NCBI GenBank assembly: GCA_000320545.1
Contig: ADNK01002148.1
Coordinates: forward strand, 1 to 53,501
Length of the DNA: 53,501 bases
From: Bigelowiella natans CCMP2755
Lineage: Eukaryota; Protista; Cercozoa
Direction: 5' to 3'
Below the pieces are notes generated by a model. That model worked only from the letters and a program-made list of their open reading frames with translations, was not told the origin of the DNA and did not search any database. Shown piece by piece: positions 13,362-25,796 of this stretch; positions within the stretch are counted from its first letter, which is position 1; the number at the start of each line of letters is the position of its first letter. The translations under genes and the position numbers were made by a program.

Positions 13362-15169
13362 TTACATCGTGGCCACATCTTTCCGCCACTGCTGCCGCTG
13401 TCTGGCCGGGGGAGATAGCATGGTTGGGACGATCTTTCCGAGAAATAGGTGATTGGAGGAGGAGGAAGAAGGGGAGGAAGGGGAATAATCGCTTGTGGAG
13501 TCCATGAACAACCTCATCGATTTCTTTTTTTTCCTCGCGAGTGGAGTGGAAAAGGTAGCACCAGGATCATTACTGTCCGTACCCTCCTGTTTCTGCTCCT
13601 TTCCTTGACCGTCCGTATCGACCTCACTCCTTCTGCTTGAGAAACTAATACCAGTGCGATTTTGTACGGCAGCTGCTGTCGTAACATTGTTAGAGTTATT
13701 GCGAGTAGTAATAGTAGCTTTCCTCTTCGGAGAAAACGATCGCGGGTGGCATTCCTTGAACCGTTTCTTCTTGCGTACCCGATCAGTGTTGTCTAAGCGA
13801 ACTGTCAAAGAACAGAACGATGGCTCCCTTCCATCTGGTTGGCTTCTGACCATCTCTTCACTCGCCACTGCCAGAGAAGAGAGGCCAGCAGATTGTGAGG
13901 GGGAGTCTTCACTACCCCTGATTAAGCTACGATAACGACTACAGATGGTAGCAGCTGTATCCATATTCGAGAACCGGACCCTCTAAAAAAACAAAACACC
14001 CATAGACTTAAATGCTTGACAACAAATCCATTGAGATATATGTAGAATGGGTCACTATTATTGATTAAAAGACGAAAGCGATCAAACCCCCACCTTTGTG
14101 CGTCCTTGTTTCCTTCTACGCTTCATCAAACAGCTTCGCAGCGACCTCTTTATCTTCTTCCTCGCATCAAAGCGTGATGGTACTAGGGCGAATTTAGTAG
14201 ATCCTTCCCAATCATCCATGCCTCGTTTGACTGACTTCTGGTTAGGCTCCGTTGCAAATCGTAGAATCTTCGTGCGTGATGAAATCTCGCGTTTTGAATC
14301 GCCTGAGGATTCCTTCCGCATGACATGTAGCATTTTCATTCCTTCAAGAAGATGTGGCTCTTCTGCAGGGGTAACCTTCCATGTCTCCTCATGAAGACGG
14401 TCTCCCCGAACTGCCTGGAAATCTGTACTTCCCTCCCAGGTATATTGAGGGCAGAACTCCTGCTCCATGTTCCTATTAGTGAGAGCAAATGATATATAAT
14501 TCAGTTTGATACATTGTAAATATATGAACTATTTCGATTTTATTGGACAACATTCATAACACCCATCCCACCCCCCTGTACCATCCGTTTTACTTCTGTC
14601 CTTGGCAGTCAAACAGGATGGACTTCCATTTTTGCCCCCTTTTGGAAGAATAGCATAAATTGCTTCCATTTATCCCAAACGACAACGCTAAAACAGCCAA
14701 TCATATCTACATCGCCAACCTCTTTTCTCGACCGCCTACCCGATGTGAAACCCCGGTTGTGATGGGTAGATCTGGCAATAACGGTGTCATACCGATAGTG
14801 ACGGGAAATCCTGAAATCTCGAGAACTCCCAGCGAGGAAGAGTTCTCAGAGCGATCTCCAGGAAAACACGCGGAACCGATGTGAAATGTGTGTGCTCCTG
14901 GAAGTTGTTGCCAGATAGTAGTAATTCGTCGGTAGTTTCTCGCATCAGTGCATCGTATCACATGACGACTCAGGTCTTGACGCAAGGCATCGTGGGGTGC
15001 ACCATCCTATTCGTTTTAGACCATAATTAACCCCTAAAATAACTAAACTAACCATGATATTACAAGCCTGTAGCCCCTCGCTCACGAGGAGGAGAAACTG
15101 TCGGAACATGTATGCACCCCGCTCGTCGTCACCATCGTCATCGCCATCATCGTTTTCCACAATGCTCAT
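13362..15169 (-). CDS. Hypothetical protein, 5 exons, Ser/Arg/Lys-rich and largely disordered C-terminal half
   Basis: Phase-consistent model MSIVENDDGDD..ACNIM|DGAPHDALRQ..VSHR|GAKWKSILFDCQGQK|NMEQEF..GRTK|RVRFSNMDTAAT..DVATM*. No family recognised. Confidence 0.55.
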
Positions 15170-15273
15170 CGACCGATATTATGCGCTAATTCAGCTCACA
15201 CCCACGCCTTTTTGGTTTTGTCTCCAGTTTTCGTTGCGAGAAATCCGAGGAGGTCTGATTTAGGAACGCGAAA

Positions 15274-17743
15274 ATGGCGTCAAAGACCGAGGAGAAGTTA
15301 CCGCTGCCTCAGGATCGCGTAGAATCTGACGATGATGACGACGATGATGAAGGACCGCCACCATTAGAAGACCTCTCGCAGCAGGTCAGTCCTCTTAAAG
15401 TAACCGTAGGAGCTTCTTCGCCTTTGTAACAACATGCTTTACACGAGATTATAAACTGAAGGTGAAGGCAATTCGTGATCATTGCGGTAATGTGAAGCAA
15501 CAAAGGGCTGCAGCGGTAGCGGAAGAGACTCCCGAAGAGCGTGAAATGAAGCGGCGAATGGTTGGCGAGGTACAATCGGAATGGGAAATATTGATATGAG
15601 TTTATCACAGGCACCCACACACGCAAGCTATGCATGCACGCACACATATCACGATGCATCAGGCTCTCTTGCAGTCTGGACAGCTCGATCCAGAAGAAAC
15701 CGTGGAAATTGTTGGTCTTGCTAGCGCGAGTGGAAAGAAACTCAATGGGTTAGTACAAGATACTAGAGCTTCGACTGGCAGTCAGTCACACACTGTGTTG
15801 CTCGTCCACACTACTGCCTCCACAAGGCAAATGTGTATTTACATTTTGCAGAGGCAGATGTGATTACGGATTGGATATGCACATCACCAATATCATCATT
15901 GCTGCGGTAATTTACTTAGGCACCTAGGCTCGGTGGTGAGTTTCTTGCACGAGGCGGGGCGGTACATCGTTTCTCTGGTATCATCATTTTAAAAAACAAC
16001 CACAACAACAAATTAAGGACAGTCTAGGCATCACCGATACGCATATTGCTCAGTACTCTTCATTACTTTGTGCTGTACTGCTCTTTATTACTTTGTACTA
16101 CTCTTCATTACTTTGTGCTGTACTGCGTTGTAGAACTATGAAGGTCGGACAAAAAAGGTGCGGATAAAGCCCGAGAACCTGCGCATTCCCGAGGGGAGTG
16201 GCAAGAGCAGCGGGGGAACAGACAACACTCCTCACCCATCGACATCCAACTTCGAAAACATCAAGGTCGGTTATCTATCGTGCAGCAAATTGTTTAATAA
16301 GTATGAGCACCCCACGCAAGAGAAGAGGCTGAGGCAGTGCAAACCGGGGATTTGGAAAGAAGAATAGCCGTCAGTTGTGGAAAAGTCTGATGTTATCAAC
16401 TCACTGTGAGGAGGGAACCACGCTCACACTAGCTACGATAATGTCATCGGCGCGCGCTGGTCATGAGGATAATGATAGCATTAATTGTCACATCAGGCAG
16501 GATTTTTGGAAGGAAAACGAGTGAAAAGCAGCACAGAAAACAAGGACACCGCCGAGGAGGACAACCTGCCTTACGTTAGTAGTGGCGGAGATGCCAGCAA
16601 TGGGCTTCGAATTCCCCAGGTTTAAAGGCATGAAATATAGACGCTGACGAGAAGTATTAGCTGCTGCAGCGCTCACGATCATAAGGAGTCGTAGTGGATA
16701 AAGCAGATGAAGAGGAAACGACATCTCTGAACTACTACTGTTTTGTCGCAGGTGCAAAGCGCAATGAGTGGAGGGAAAGCTGATACGAAATGGGTGACTC
16801 CCAAGCTGCTCAAACATCTCTCCAAGAACAAAGTAACAGCAGTAGCAATGAAAACTCGTTCGTTCACTCGTAGTGGCGGCGGTGGTGGTGGTGAGGACGC
16901 ATGGCTCGAATCATAATTTTCGTCGTCATCATCAGACCTTGGTTGAAGGCATGCGAGACCCACAGCTTGCTATGGCAATTCAGGTGGACACGCTCATAAT
17001 ATCGTACTATTCGTAGGCAGCAGTACTTCTGCTGCTGCTGCTGCTGTGTTTTCAATTTAGAGGAGAATAGAATATGCAATATCCATCGCTAGGAATTTTC
17101 GGAGAACCCGAAAGAAGCTCTGAAAAAGCACGGTGGCAACAAAAAAGTGATGGACTTTATGCAGGTATGAGCTGAAAAAGAGTGTAGTAGCAATGCCTTC
17201 CTAACGAGGGCTCTATGCTCATCTCGCCCCTCTCCCTCCCTCCCCAACGAAGGCCTTCATGCAACAGACGGCAGGTTTCAACGACGCCCTTTCGAATTTA
17301 AAGAAAAAGCAGCAGCAGCAGGAGAAGAAGCAGCCAAAGGCGAGAAAGCAGCCTTTGATAGAAGAATTGCCATCGTCTGATGCAGTAGTGCCTGCACGAT
17401 CTGCTGTTCAAAGAGCAAAAGCTCCTGCTCCGATGACGAGGCCTATCGAAAAAGGGAACAAGCTGGAGTTTTCAAGTACGTCTTGAACAGTAGCCAGTAG
17501 ATGTAGGAGCTGCTGCTGTTGTTGTTGTTGTTGTTGTTCTTGTTGTTCTTGTTGTTGTTGCGTCTCGACGACGACACCGCCATTGTATTGGTATATCTAC
17601 CGTCATGGAGAGCCGTTCATAAGAGTGCTGCTGTGAATATAATACACGACACTGTGCGTAAGGGCATGCGTGCGTGCGTGCGTACGTGCGTGCGTGCGTG
17701 TGTGAGTTATGTTTTGCAGTATATGGGTGTTCTCAATGCACAC

Positions 17744-17776
<33 letters not shown>

Positions 17777-18364
17777 CGATAAGGATACGTTTTTCCACGT
17801 TGAGGTTGATGTTATATAGTCTTGTTTATCTACTCTTCTTCTCGCCATCGCCATTTGTCACACATTGCTTCGATGATGACCGGCAGCTCAAGATGGCGGT
17901 GTCAGGAGTGTCTCGAAAGAAACTGTTGCTGAGTGGATGAGCAACCCGATCATTCGACAAGTAATGATGAAGATGTCTCGTGCCGTGTTATTTCCACCAC
18001 ATGATGCGTACTGAGGAAGAAAGATGTGCTAGCATAACTCATAACTCAACAACTTTCTTACTTCCTGTCATTGTTTCCTCAACACCACTACTACTTCTCT
18101 TCCAAGGTCTTGAGTAAACCGGAGACAAATCAGATGATGGCACATCTGCGGTCGGACCCCAACGCGTTCAAAAGATACGCTGCGGTAATGACTTTGCCTC
18201 ATGCCTTCGCAATTGGTTCGGAGTTCTGCTGCCCTCGTTTGCAGTTGTGTGGGCGAAGATGTTGTGATATATTCCTCAACTTATACATCGCCGCCTATTG
18301 TTGTCATTAGAACCCTGACCTTCAAGTTCTGATCCGCGCTGGCATCATCGTCCCACCCATGTGA
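15274..18364 (+). CDS. STI1/DP-repeat co-chaperone-like protein with N-terminal acidic GPPPLED motif and a small SH3-like beta module
   Basis: Spliced MASKTEEK..DDDDEGPPPLEDL..VEIVGLASASGKKLNG..GRYIVSL..RIKPENL..WVTPKLLKHL..GMRDPQLAMAIQEFSENPKEALKKH..WMSNPIIRQVLSKPETNQMMAHLRSDPNAFKRYAANPDLQVLIRAGIIVPPM*. The DP/NP helical repeats are typical of STI1 domains. Confidence 0.75.
16054..16125. repeat. Intronic tandem repeat, about 3 imperfect copies of ctcttcattactttgtgc
   Basis: Directly visible; the middle copy reads ctctttattactttgtac. Confidence 0.85.
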
Positions 18365-19135
18365 ATAATTAAGGATTTCAATGAGAAGGGAGAAGAGAGA
18401 TGAGGTGGAGGACAGGCGCGCATCGATACTTCAGTAGTAAAAATCTCTATTTCTACACTAGATGTACGATACGTCTGGTTAGTCTAGTAGTACTGGCATG
18501 AACAATGCATGCTAGCTAGCATTGTTGCCATGCTAGCTGGCGGGCACGATCTGGCGTTGCATCTAGCTGCTGCATGTGAGCGCCACATCGCAAGCTTTAA
18601 ACTGCGCTACCATCTAGCTAGCTGTGCGATATGTTGCTAGCTATGCATATGCATACTTAGATGCGCGTAACATTGATCGTGTGCTATGCTAGCATGCTAG
18701 CTGTGTTTTGCGTACGTGCACACATCTAGATGGGCAGCTCTGTGCGACTAGCTAGACATGCGCCATATGGCCTTCCTGTGATGAGCCGTGCGCCCGCTGC
18801 AACAGTGCTGATCTATTATTGCGTTGTGGATGGTTTGTGCTTCACATTCTACTGCTATACTGCTAAAGATGCAAAGACGACAATTGAAACGGACACGCAC
18901 ATATTATTATAATGTAACCAGAATTTAGGAAATGACTGTGATGATAAGCAAAAACACTTTCATACAAGCGTAAGAAGGTAGTCGTGCCGGTATCTACGGA
19001 CATCAACGAGACAAAAGTAACTACGCATCACTAATCACGATGAGTAGGCGTAATCTGTTCCCATTTAATTTTTGGATGCAGCATTGCTGGATACGTTAGT
19101 GTGGTATAAGGTGCTAGCAGGACACAATAATCACT

Positions 19136-19857
19136 TTAAAGTTTAGATTCACGATACATCGCCTCAATCGCTTCTGCATACTTTTGGTTGACGACCCGTC
19201 TCTTCAGCTTCATCGTCGGCGTAAGCTCCCCTCTGATTAACACACAGGCGATCATGGCGGTCAGGAGTCTTGTTTTTTTTCCCCTTGGTGTGTGCTAAGC
19301 TAGGTGGAAGATGGAAAATGATGAGAAGGATATTGCCCTACCCAGCCTGAGAGAAGTCTTTTGCTATCAGGGTCCATTTGCGGATGTACTGCGCCCGTGA
19401 TGTAGCATCCTGATTCACCTGGGATTGCAGAAAGCGATTAGCGATCTGTAACGACGACGACTACGACGACCATTAAGAAGCTATCCTGCTTCACGACGAA
19501 CGAACTTGTCCTCTCACATACTCACATACATACACACATACATACATACTCCCAAAGTATTATTGGGTTCTGGTAATATAATGAATGATGGTGATGATGA
19601 TGATGATCATGATGATGATGATTCAGTGTTTCGACGGTTCGATTTGTCACCGACTCATCATAGATGATGAAAAGGCATGTATGTGAGCAGCACTGCAATG
19701 AGTCGGTCGCTGGAGTGGCAGCAGCAGTAGCATTGGAAGGAAGCAGCACCTTGCTGATAGCTCTTTCAATAGCTTGCTTGATCTTTGGGCATACAATAGC
19801 CTCGCTCACGGTCGTTGCACTGCTCCCTGTGGGAGACCAAGAGCGGGAGGGGGAGAG

Positions 19858-19915
<58 letters not shown>

Positions 19916-20576
19916 ACAACACCAAAAACAACAATCAAACGGGACACTGATATCAGAGGATCTGCTCCGAAAAACAAGAAGTCGAAATTGTTTTGGTCTT
20001 AGTGCTGCATGTGAGGAGGATGGCGCGATCATGATCATCATCATCATTGTCATCAATGGAGCGAAACCTACCGACAGCTTTGGCGAGAGCGAGCGCCTCG
20101 GCCATGAGTGTGTCTGTGGGAACGCCATTCGCATCGACTTCGCACTTGAGTGATAACAACGCCGATAAGAATTTCCTGGTAAAAACAAAGATAATGATGA
20201 TGATGATGATGATGATGATAATAATCATGGGATGATGCTCCTGGGAAGAGCGGTAGTGGTTGCGGAATAGAGATGCACCCTCGGCGGCGCTGCGGCAAGG
20301 ATGTGTGCATATTGATAGGTCGTCTATATCTCGATGTCGATACAACTCCGCCGAAAAGCCGTCGCTTTTGGTGCTTGCGGTACAATATGCCGTGCTGTAA
20401 GCTCACGCGTTCAAGCGTAGTGGTGAAAATAGTAGTATTAGTTAGACCTTTGGTCTCCAATCACGACCGCATTGGATAGAGCAGGAGCAGCAGCTTTGAT
20501 GGCGGCTTCTATCAGTACTGGGGGAACGTTTTCGCCTCCCGCTGATGATCGGCGACAATGACAACGCAAACAAACG

Positions 20577-20613
<37 letters not shown>

Positions 20614-20623
20614 ATTGTAAGCT

Positions 20624-20662
<39 letters not shown>

Positions 20663-20745
20663 TTGTTGGCTAGGGAATTCATGCTTCAATTTGGAGAAGT
20701 AGGAGGAAGAGGAGGAGGAGGAGGAGGAGGAGTGAACACAAACGG

Positions 20746-20778
<33 letters not shown>

Positions 20779-22278
20779 CAGTGATAATGAGCTCTTTGAT
20801 TCTCCCAGTGATGCGAAGATACCCCTCGCTATCGATGCTGCCTAAGTCTCCCTACACCAGTCAGAGGAATCACCAAGGGAGGGGGGGAAGGGAAGAAGAA
20901 ATTGGTCAGCATTGATCGTTGCGGTAGATGGTGATGATGATGACGATGATGACGATGATGACGACGAGATCGATGGCATAATACTGAAAGTCTCTTACTT
21001 TCTCTCACAACACACACGCGCGCGCGTAAAGGCACACATAATTTCCAGCACATAGCTACCATTACTTTACTACAAATTACAACAGCGGCTACCAACCGAG
21101 TGAAGCCACCCATTCTCATCGATTGTTTTGAGCGTTGCCTCGGGGTTGTACAGATACCTGTTTTGACACGATCAATCACCCTATCTTCGTCGGCAAATGA
21201 GCCACCATGACAACAAGCAAGTGTATTATAGAAGATGAATGCACAGACATAAGTGCTTATCGTTACCCCATGAAGACGTGCCTTCCCCGCATGCATATCT
21301 CCCCTTCGCCCTCTACATACGCACATTGAGAGAAGAATAAACAGGGGTTCGGGGGGGGGGGAAGTAAGCAAAGATTCTCCATTAATGCACTCGTATGCTG
21401 TAATATAAGCAGGCCAGTCTCGTCGCAATCCGAACTCTCTGAACCCTCCCCCCTCCCCCCTTTATCATCTACGATCGCTAATACGTTTGCTCATTCTGTC
21501 GAGCCGCATTTCAGCCCCTGGAATCGCACGCCCAACAGTTCCAATACTGATGATGAATGATGATGATGATGATGATAGATGATGATAGATGATGACCACG
21601 ACGATGATGACGATAACGATGACGACGATGCTGTGCTGGAGCCTAGCTTGGCAAATAAACATGCACACTACTACCGATTGAACCCAGGGAAGTTTATTGT
21701 CTGCGGGCCTGAAGACTCGCTCATCCCGTACAGATCGTGAAGAATAAGGTCCAGCGACATGAAATACTCCAAGGTCTTTTTGCTGATCGGCGCTGCCGCA
21801 GTAGCACACAGCTTGCAGTGCTCCAGCCCCAACTTGGCTTTGATTTTATCGAATACGATCTTCCGCGCGGGGTAATACATGAACGAGGGCGCTTTGCCGT
21901 CGAGCTAATGTTTTGCATATTGTTTGGCGTTGGTGGCATTTTTTTTGGTAGGCTTTTAAGATTGGTCGAGAGCATCGTCATATTCACACAAGCAGCAGCA
22001 GCAGCAGAAAGATGTGTTGCGGAGCAGTGTTGCAGTGTTTACATCACCTTCGCACGTGAAGCTTCGAGACCGACTCCCTTGGCCCAATCTCCAATTTTCT
22101 TAATGAGGCCAGTGTTTGCAGCACCGACGGCGCGCATCTAGTCAATTGTAACAATGTAATAATATTTAAATGTTATTATTCATATCAATAATAGAATAGG
22201 TGCGAGAAGTGGGACGATGATGATGATGACGATGATGATGATGACCATGCACGACTCTCGTCTTGTTTTCATAATAAT

Positions 22279-22309
<31 letters not shown>

Positions 22310-23434
22310 GGTACCTTCTCTTCGATCTTCTCCCACACTCTTGGAACTCCCAAGAAAATCGTTGGCCGCACCGCCTGCAGTGTTTCGACCAAGCTGCCTT
22401 TCAGAGCGTCAGGCTTCGCAAAGCAGACGGTACCACCGAGTTGCATTGGGCCATGAATGTCGGTAAGCTGGGCGGCGATGTGCGACAAAGGCAAATATGA
22501 CACCATCCGCTCGTTTTCCTGGCGAAGTCATAAATCCTACCATCACCGACAGCACAGTGCACTCTCCGTCCCTCCCTCCACTCCCCCTCTCTCCTCATCA
22601 CACGCACGCATGCACGCACCTTCAGTTGTAGGATCGGGGTGACAGTGCGCGCAGTCCATGTGACATTGTCGTGGGAGAGCATCACAGCCTTGGGCTTTCC
22701 CGTGGTACCGGAGGTGTAGATCAACGTGCAGCAGTTCCTGATATCATGACGATATATGTATGACACATTGCGATTATTACCGAAGAAAAAGCAACACATC
22801 CTCATCATTGGCTGGGGGGTTAATAATGCCAAGACAGGGAGAGGGTATGATGACGACGATCGTCTCCGTCCAGCTCCAAGACCGACTAATCAACAGTACG
22901 ACTATCATGACTACTACTCTATGACAAATACCCTGGCTTCTGCTGTGCAATTCTGTCTTGCAGTTTCCTTCCAAGAAGCTCACTGTCCCTTTGCTGCGTG
23001 GAGCCAAGCTGCATGAAGCTTGCCCAAGACATTAGACCCTGATGATTTAGCAGAAAAACAAAGAAGCTTACTATTCGAGTTCCAACTCAATATTCACCAT
23101 CTCCATGTCGCCTCTGATGCACTACCCTCAACGTAAGTAACATCATCGTCATCATCATCATCGATAGATATAACATCACCTCGACTCCTGGCTTAATCGT
23201 GCCCCCCCACTGCACGATGTACTTAAGGTTTGGCAGCTCGCTCTTCTTGGCCAGGAACTTCTCCGTCTGAACTTCGTTCTCCACAAACGCCACCTACCGA
23301 CAGAAAGGCAGCATTCCAGGTAGGATATCCATAAGGCTCGAAACGATCATATGCGGCCACTCGTTCATAAAGAATGAGAATAATAGCGATGGAAAATTAT
23401 CAATAGAGTAGTGATAAAGTCGATGGAATGATCC

Positions 23435-23465
<31 letters not shown>

Positions 23466-23679
23466 CGGAGGGGGGAAGAGAGAGCGCGAATTTCGGTTGT
23501 GTACGTACTGTACCATGCATGTACCTGTGCTTTGCAGTGGTCCGCAATGTAATGTGTTGCCTCTATACCATTGGTGGTGTAGATTCCCGAAGCAATGCCT
23601 CCAGCGAAAATGCTCCTGATCAGCATCATAAAATGTTACTACTGAACGCTCCCTCCGCACACAACAAGAACAAACATAT

Positions 23680-23713
<34 letters not shown>

Positions 23714-24495
23714 CGATACCCCATATTGGCCATGAACCATTCTGGGCAGTTGAAACCCATGATAACAGTAGATCCAAATTGCGTCAGCCCAAGCTGTGTA
23801 ATATAACATGTAAGGTTGCATTACATCTCATTTCAATTCTAAGGTTTCAATAGTGACACATCAGTGCCGCTATCAACACCTTGATAAGAGCTTTTGCGAC
23901 ACGGCAGGAATCGTCGAAGTACTGCTCGTAGGTCCAATCGATCCATTTTCCATCCCGCTCTACCCGCATAGCTTTGTTGCTACCGTACTACCGAAAGAAT
24001 ACGACGATGGTTATGATGATCAAAACGTGGGAGAAATCTCTTCTTAGAATCATAACAATATGAATCTGATAGCCCTGGTTTAGTTGAAGTATTTGTCTAT
24101 CACCTTATCACAACATTCTTGGAACTGCTCTACCACAGTGATTGGTGTGTGCGAAGCTGGGTCGTTCGGATTGAGGGATATCTTGACAGGAAGTTCCTGA
24201 TCTGGCCTGCAAGTCCAATGTACACCCTCTCCTCGCTATAAAAATACAGCAGGGGCAAAGCTTTCGTCATCGGAATGTCCACCACACACAGTTTGAATCC
24301 AAGAGTGCGCACGTACAAAAATAGGGTACATTACATAAGTCACACGTGCCGCTCACGCATAATATCAGCTCTCAAAACATATACCCTAGTAAACGCCTTC
24401 TTTGCAATCTTTTCTAGTGCATCGTAGGAGATTTCTATCCCTAGGTTCTGCGGGAGCTGAACAGCGGTGGGTGTCGATTCGTGCTTCGAGTCCAT
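19136..24495 (-). CDS. ACSBG: Long-chain fatty acid-CoA ligase, bubblegum (ACSBG) family, C-terminal PTS1 (-SKL)
   Basis: Exons give WTYEQYF..SIFAGGIASGIYTTNG..CCTLIYTSGTTGKPKAVMLSHDNVTWTA..VSYLPLSHIAAQLTDIHGP..VRPTIFLGVPRVWEKIEEK..LYGMSESSGPQT..GGENVPPVLIE..GELTPTMKLKRRVVNQKYAEAIEAMYRESKL*. First exon starts MDSKHES at 24495. Confidence 0.93.
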
Positions 24496-25020
24496 CGGCT
24501 CTGCGATCGTCAAAGTTTGAGATTTCAGAACTCAAAGCGATCAACAACAAGGAAAATATAGTCCAAACGAATGCCTTATTCTACAAACGTCAGCAAAATA
24601 TTATCGTCGTACAATAATATTACACAAAATCCTTACTCTATATTTCGGATATTTTTGCCGAGTGAAGACAAAGAAAAGACATTTGATGAACGACATCATG
24701 ATTTTATTGCCGCTAGTTTTTAACCTCCTGCAAATCATATCCTGATACCGACTCCACACTCGATGCAACACGAAAATACACGAATTGATGCTATTTATCA
24801 CTTGCGGCATGAAGCAAGTGGGAACTCGTAATTGTCAACGTGAAAGGGGTACTCTCTACAGCCCTGTCAATAACCGCGGATTTGCAATAATTGAAGAATT
24901 ACCATTGGTTTTCCACTTAAAAACACCTAAAACATGCGAATTCACCTTGTTTAGCGCCGTCGCATTTTGACCCCGGTACCTGACAAAATATCTGCTGCAG
25001 CCTCCCGGAAAAAAGCACCA

Positions 25021-25790
25021 CTTTGAGAAGTTCAATGTTCAATGTTCAATCGAACCCTGGATCTATTTTTTCATGGTGGCCGGGGTGTGTGGAACTCAGT
25101 CCATCACAATGATCCTTTCAGCTGCATCATTGGAATCACTTCATTCATTTGTCCATTCATTCACGTCAACAATGTGGGTGCATTGGAGAGCAGTGACGCG
25201 GATTTCCAATTTCCTCTGTGTTTTGTTCGAGATCACGACGTCACGATGGTGCTCATCGCACGGACGTGATGTCACACAATTTGGGTTGCACACGGTCTAG
25301 CGGTGCCCACATGTTCAGACTGAGTGATCCCTCATCACTGCCGTTGCTTCTTCAAATGGGCATCGATGCAATGCATACAACACGTGCACACCTGTGACAC
25401 GCAGCGTGAACCGTGCCAGACGAGCACTGCCAGCTAGCATGCGATTTCCCCCCCTGCCACTTGACTTCTACACTTTCTCACATGCATCTCAGGTGGGGCC
25501 ACTTGCTTGCATGAGTGGCTGCCCGTTGTTCATTCCTCTTCAGTGTCACATAGGCGTTCATTCATGCACACTAGCACGTGAGCGAACAACGATGTCACAT
25601 CGTGCACGCCATCACGCTTCTTCCACCAACTAGCCAGGTGCGCAGGCGGGCTCGTGGTTCGGGGCGGCTCTGCACAATGCCAAAACACTGTGGTGCAAAA
25701 GTGCGAAAAAACGACCATTGCTAATGAATAGACGCACGCATCCATCGTAGTAGATCTAGTAGATGCATGCATGTGAAAAAGCAAACAAGT
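25021..25790. other. TpA-depleted, CA/TG-rich intergenic tract directly downstream of the histidine phosphatase stop codon
   Basis: Hand count: 10 TA dinucleotides in 25021-25740 (4 of them in CTAG) and none in about 25066-25296, versus about 10 in the single 60-nt line 24601-24660. Confidence 0.8.
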
Positions 25791-25796
25791 TTCTTG

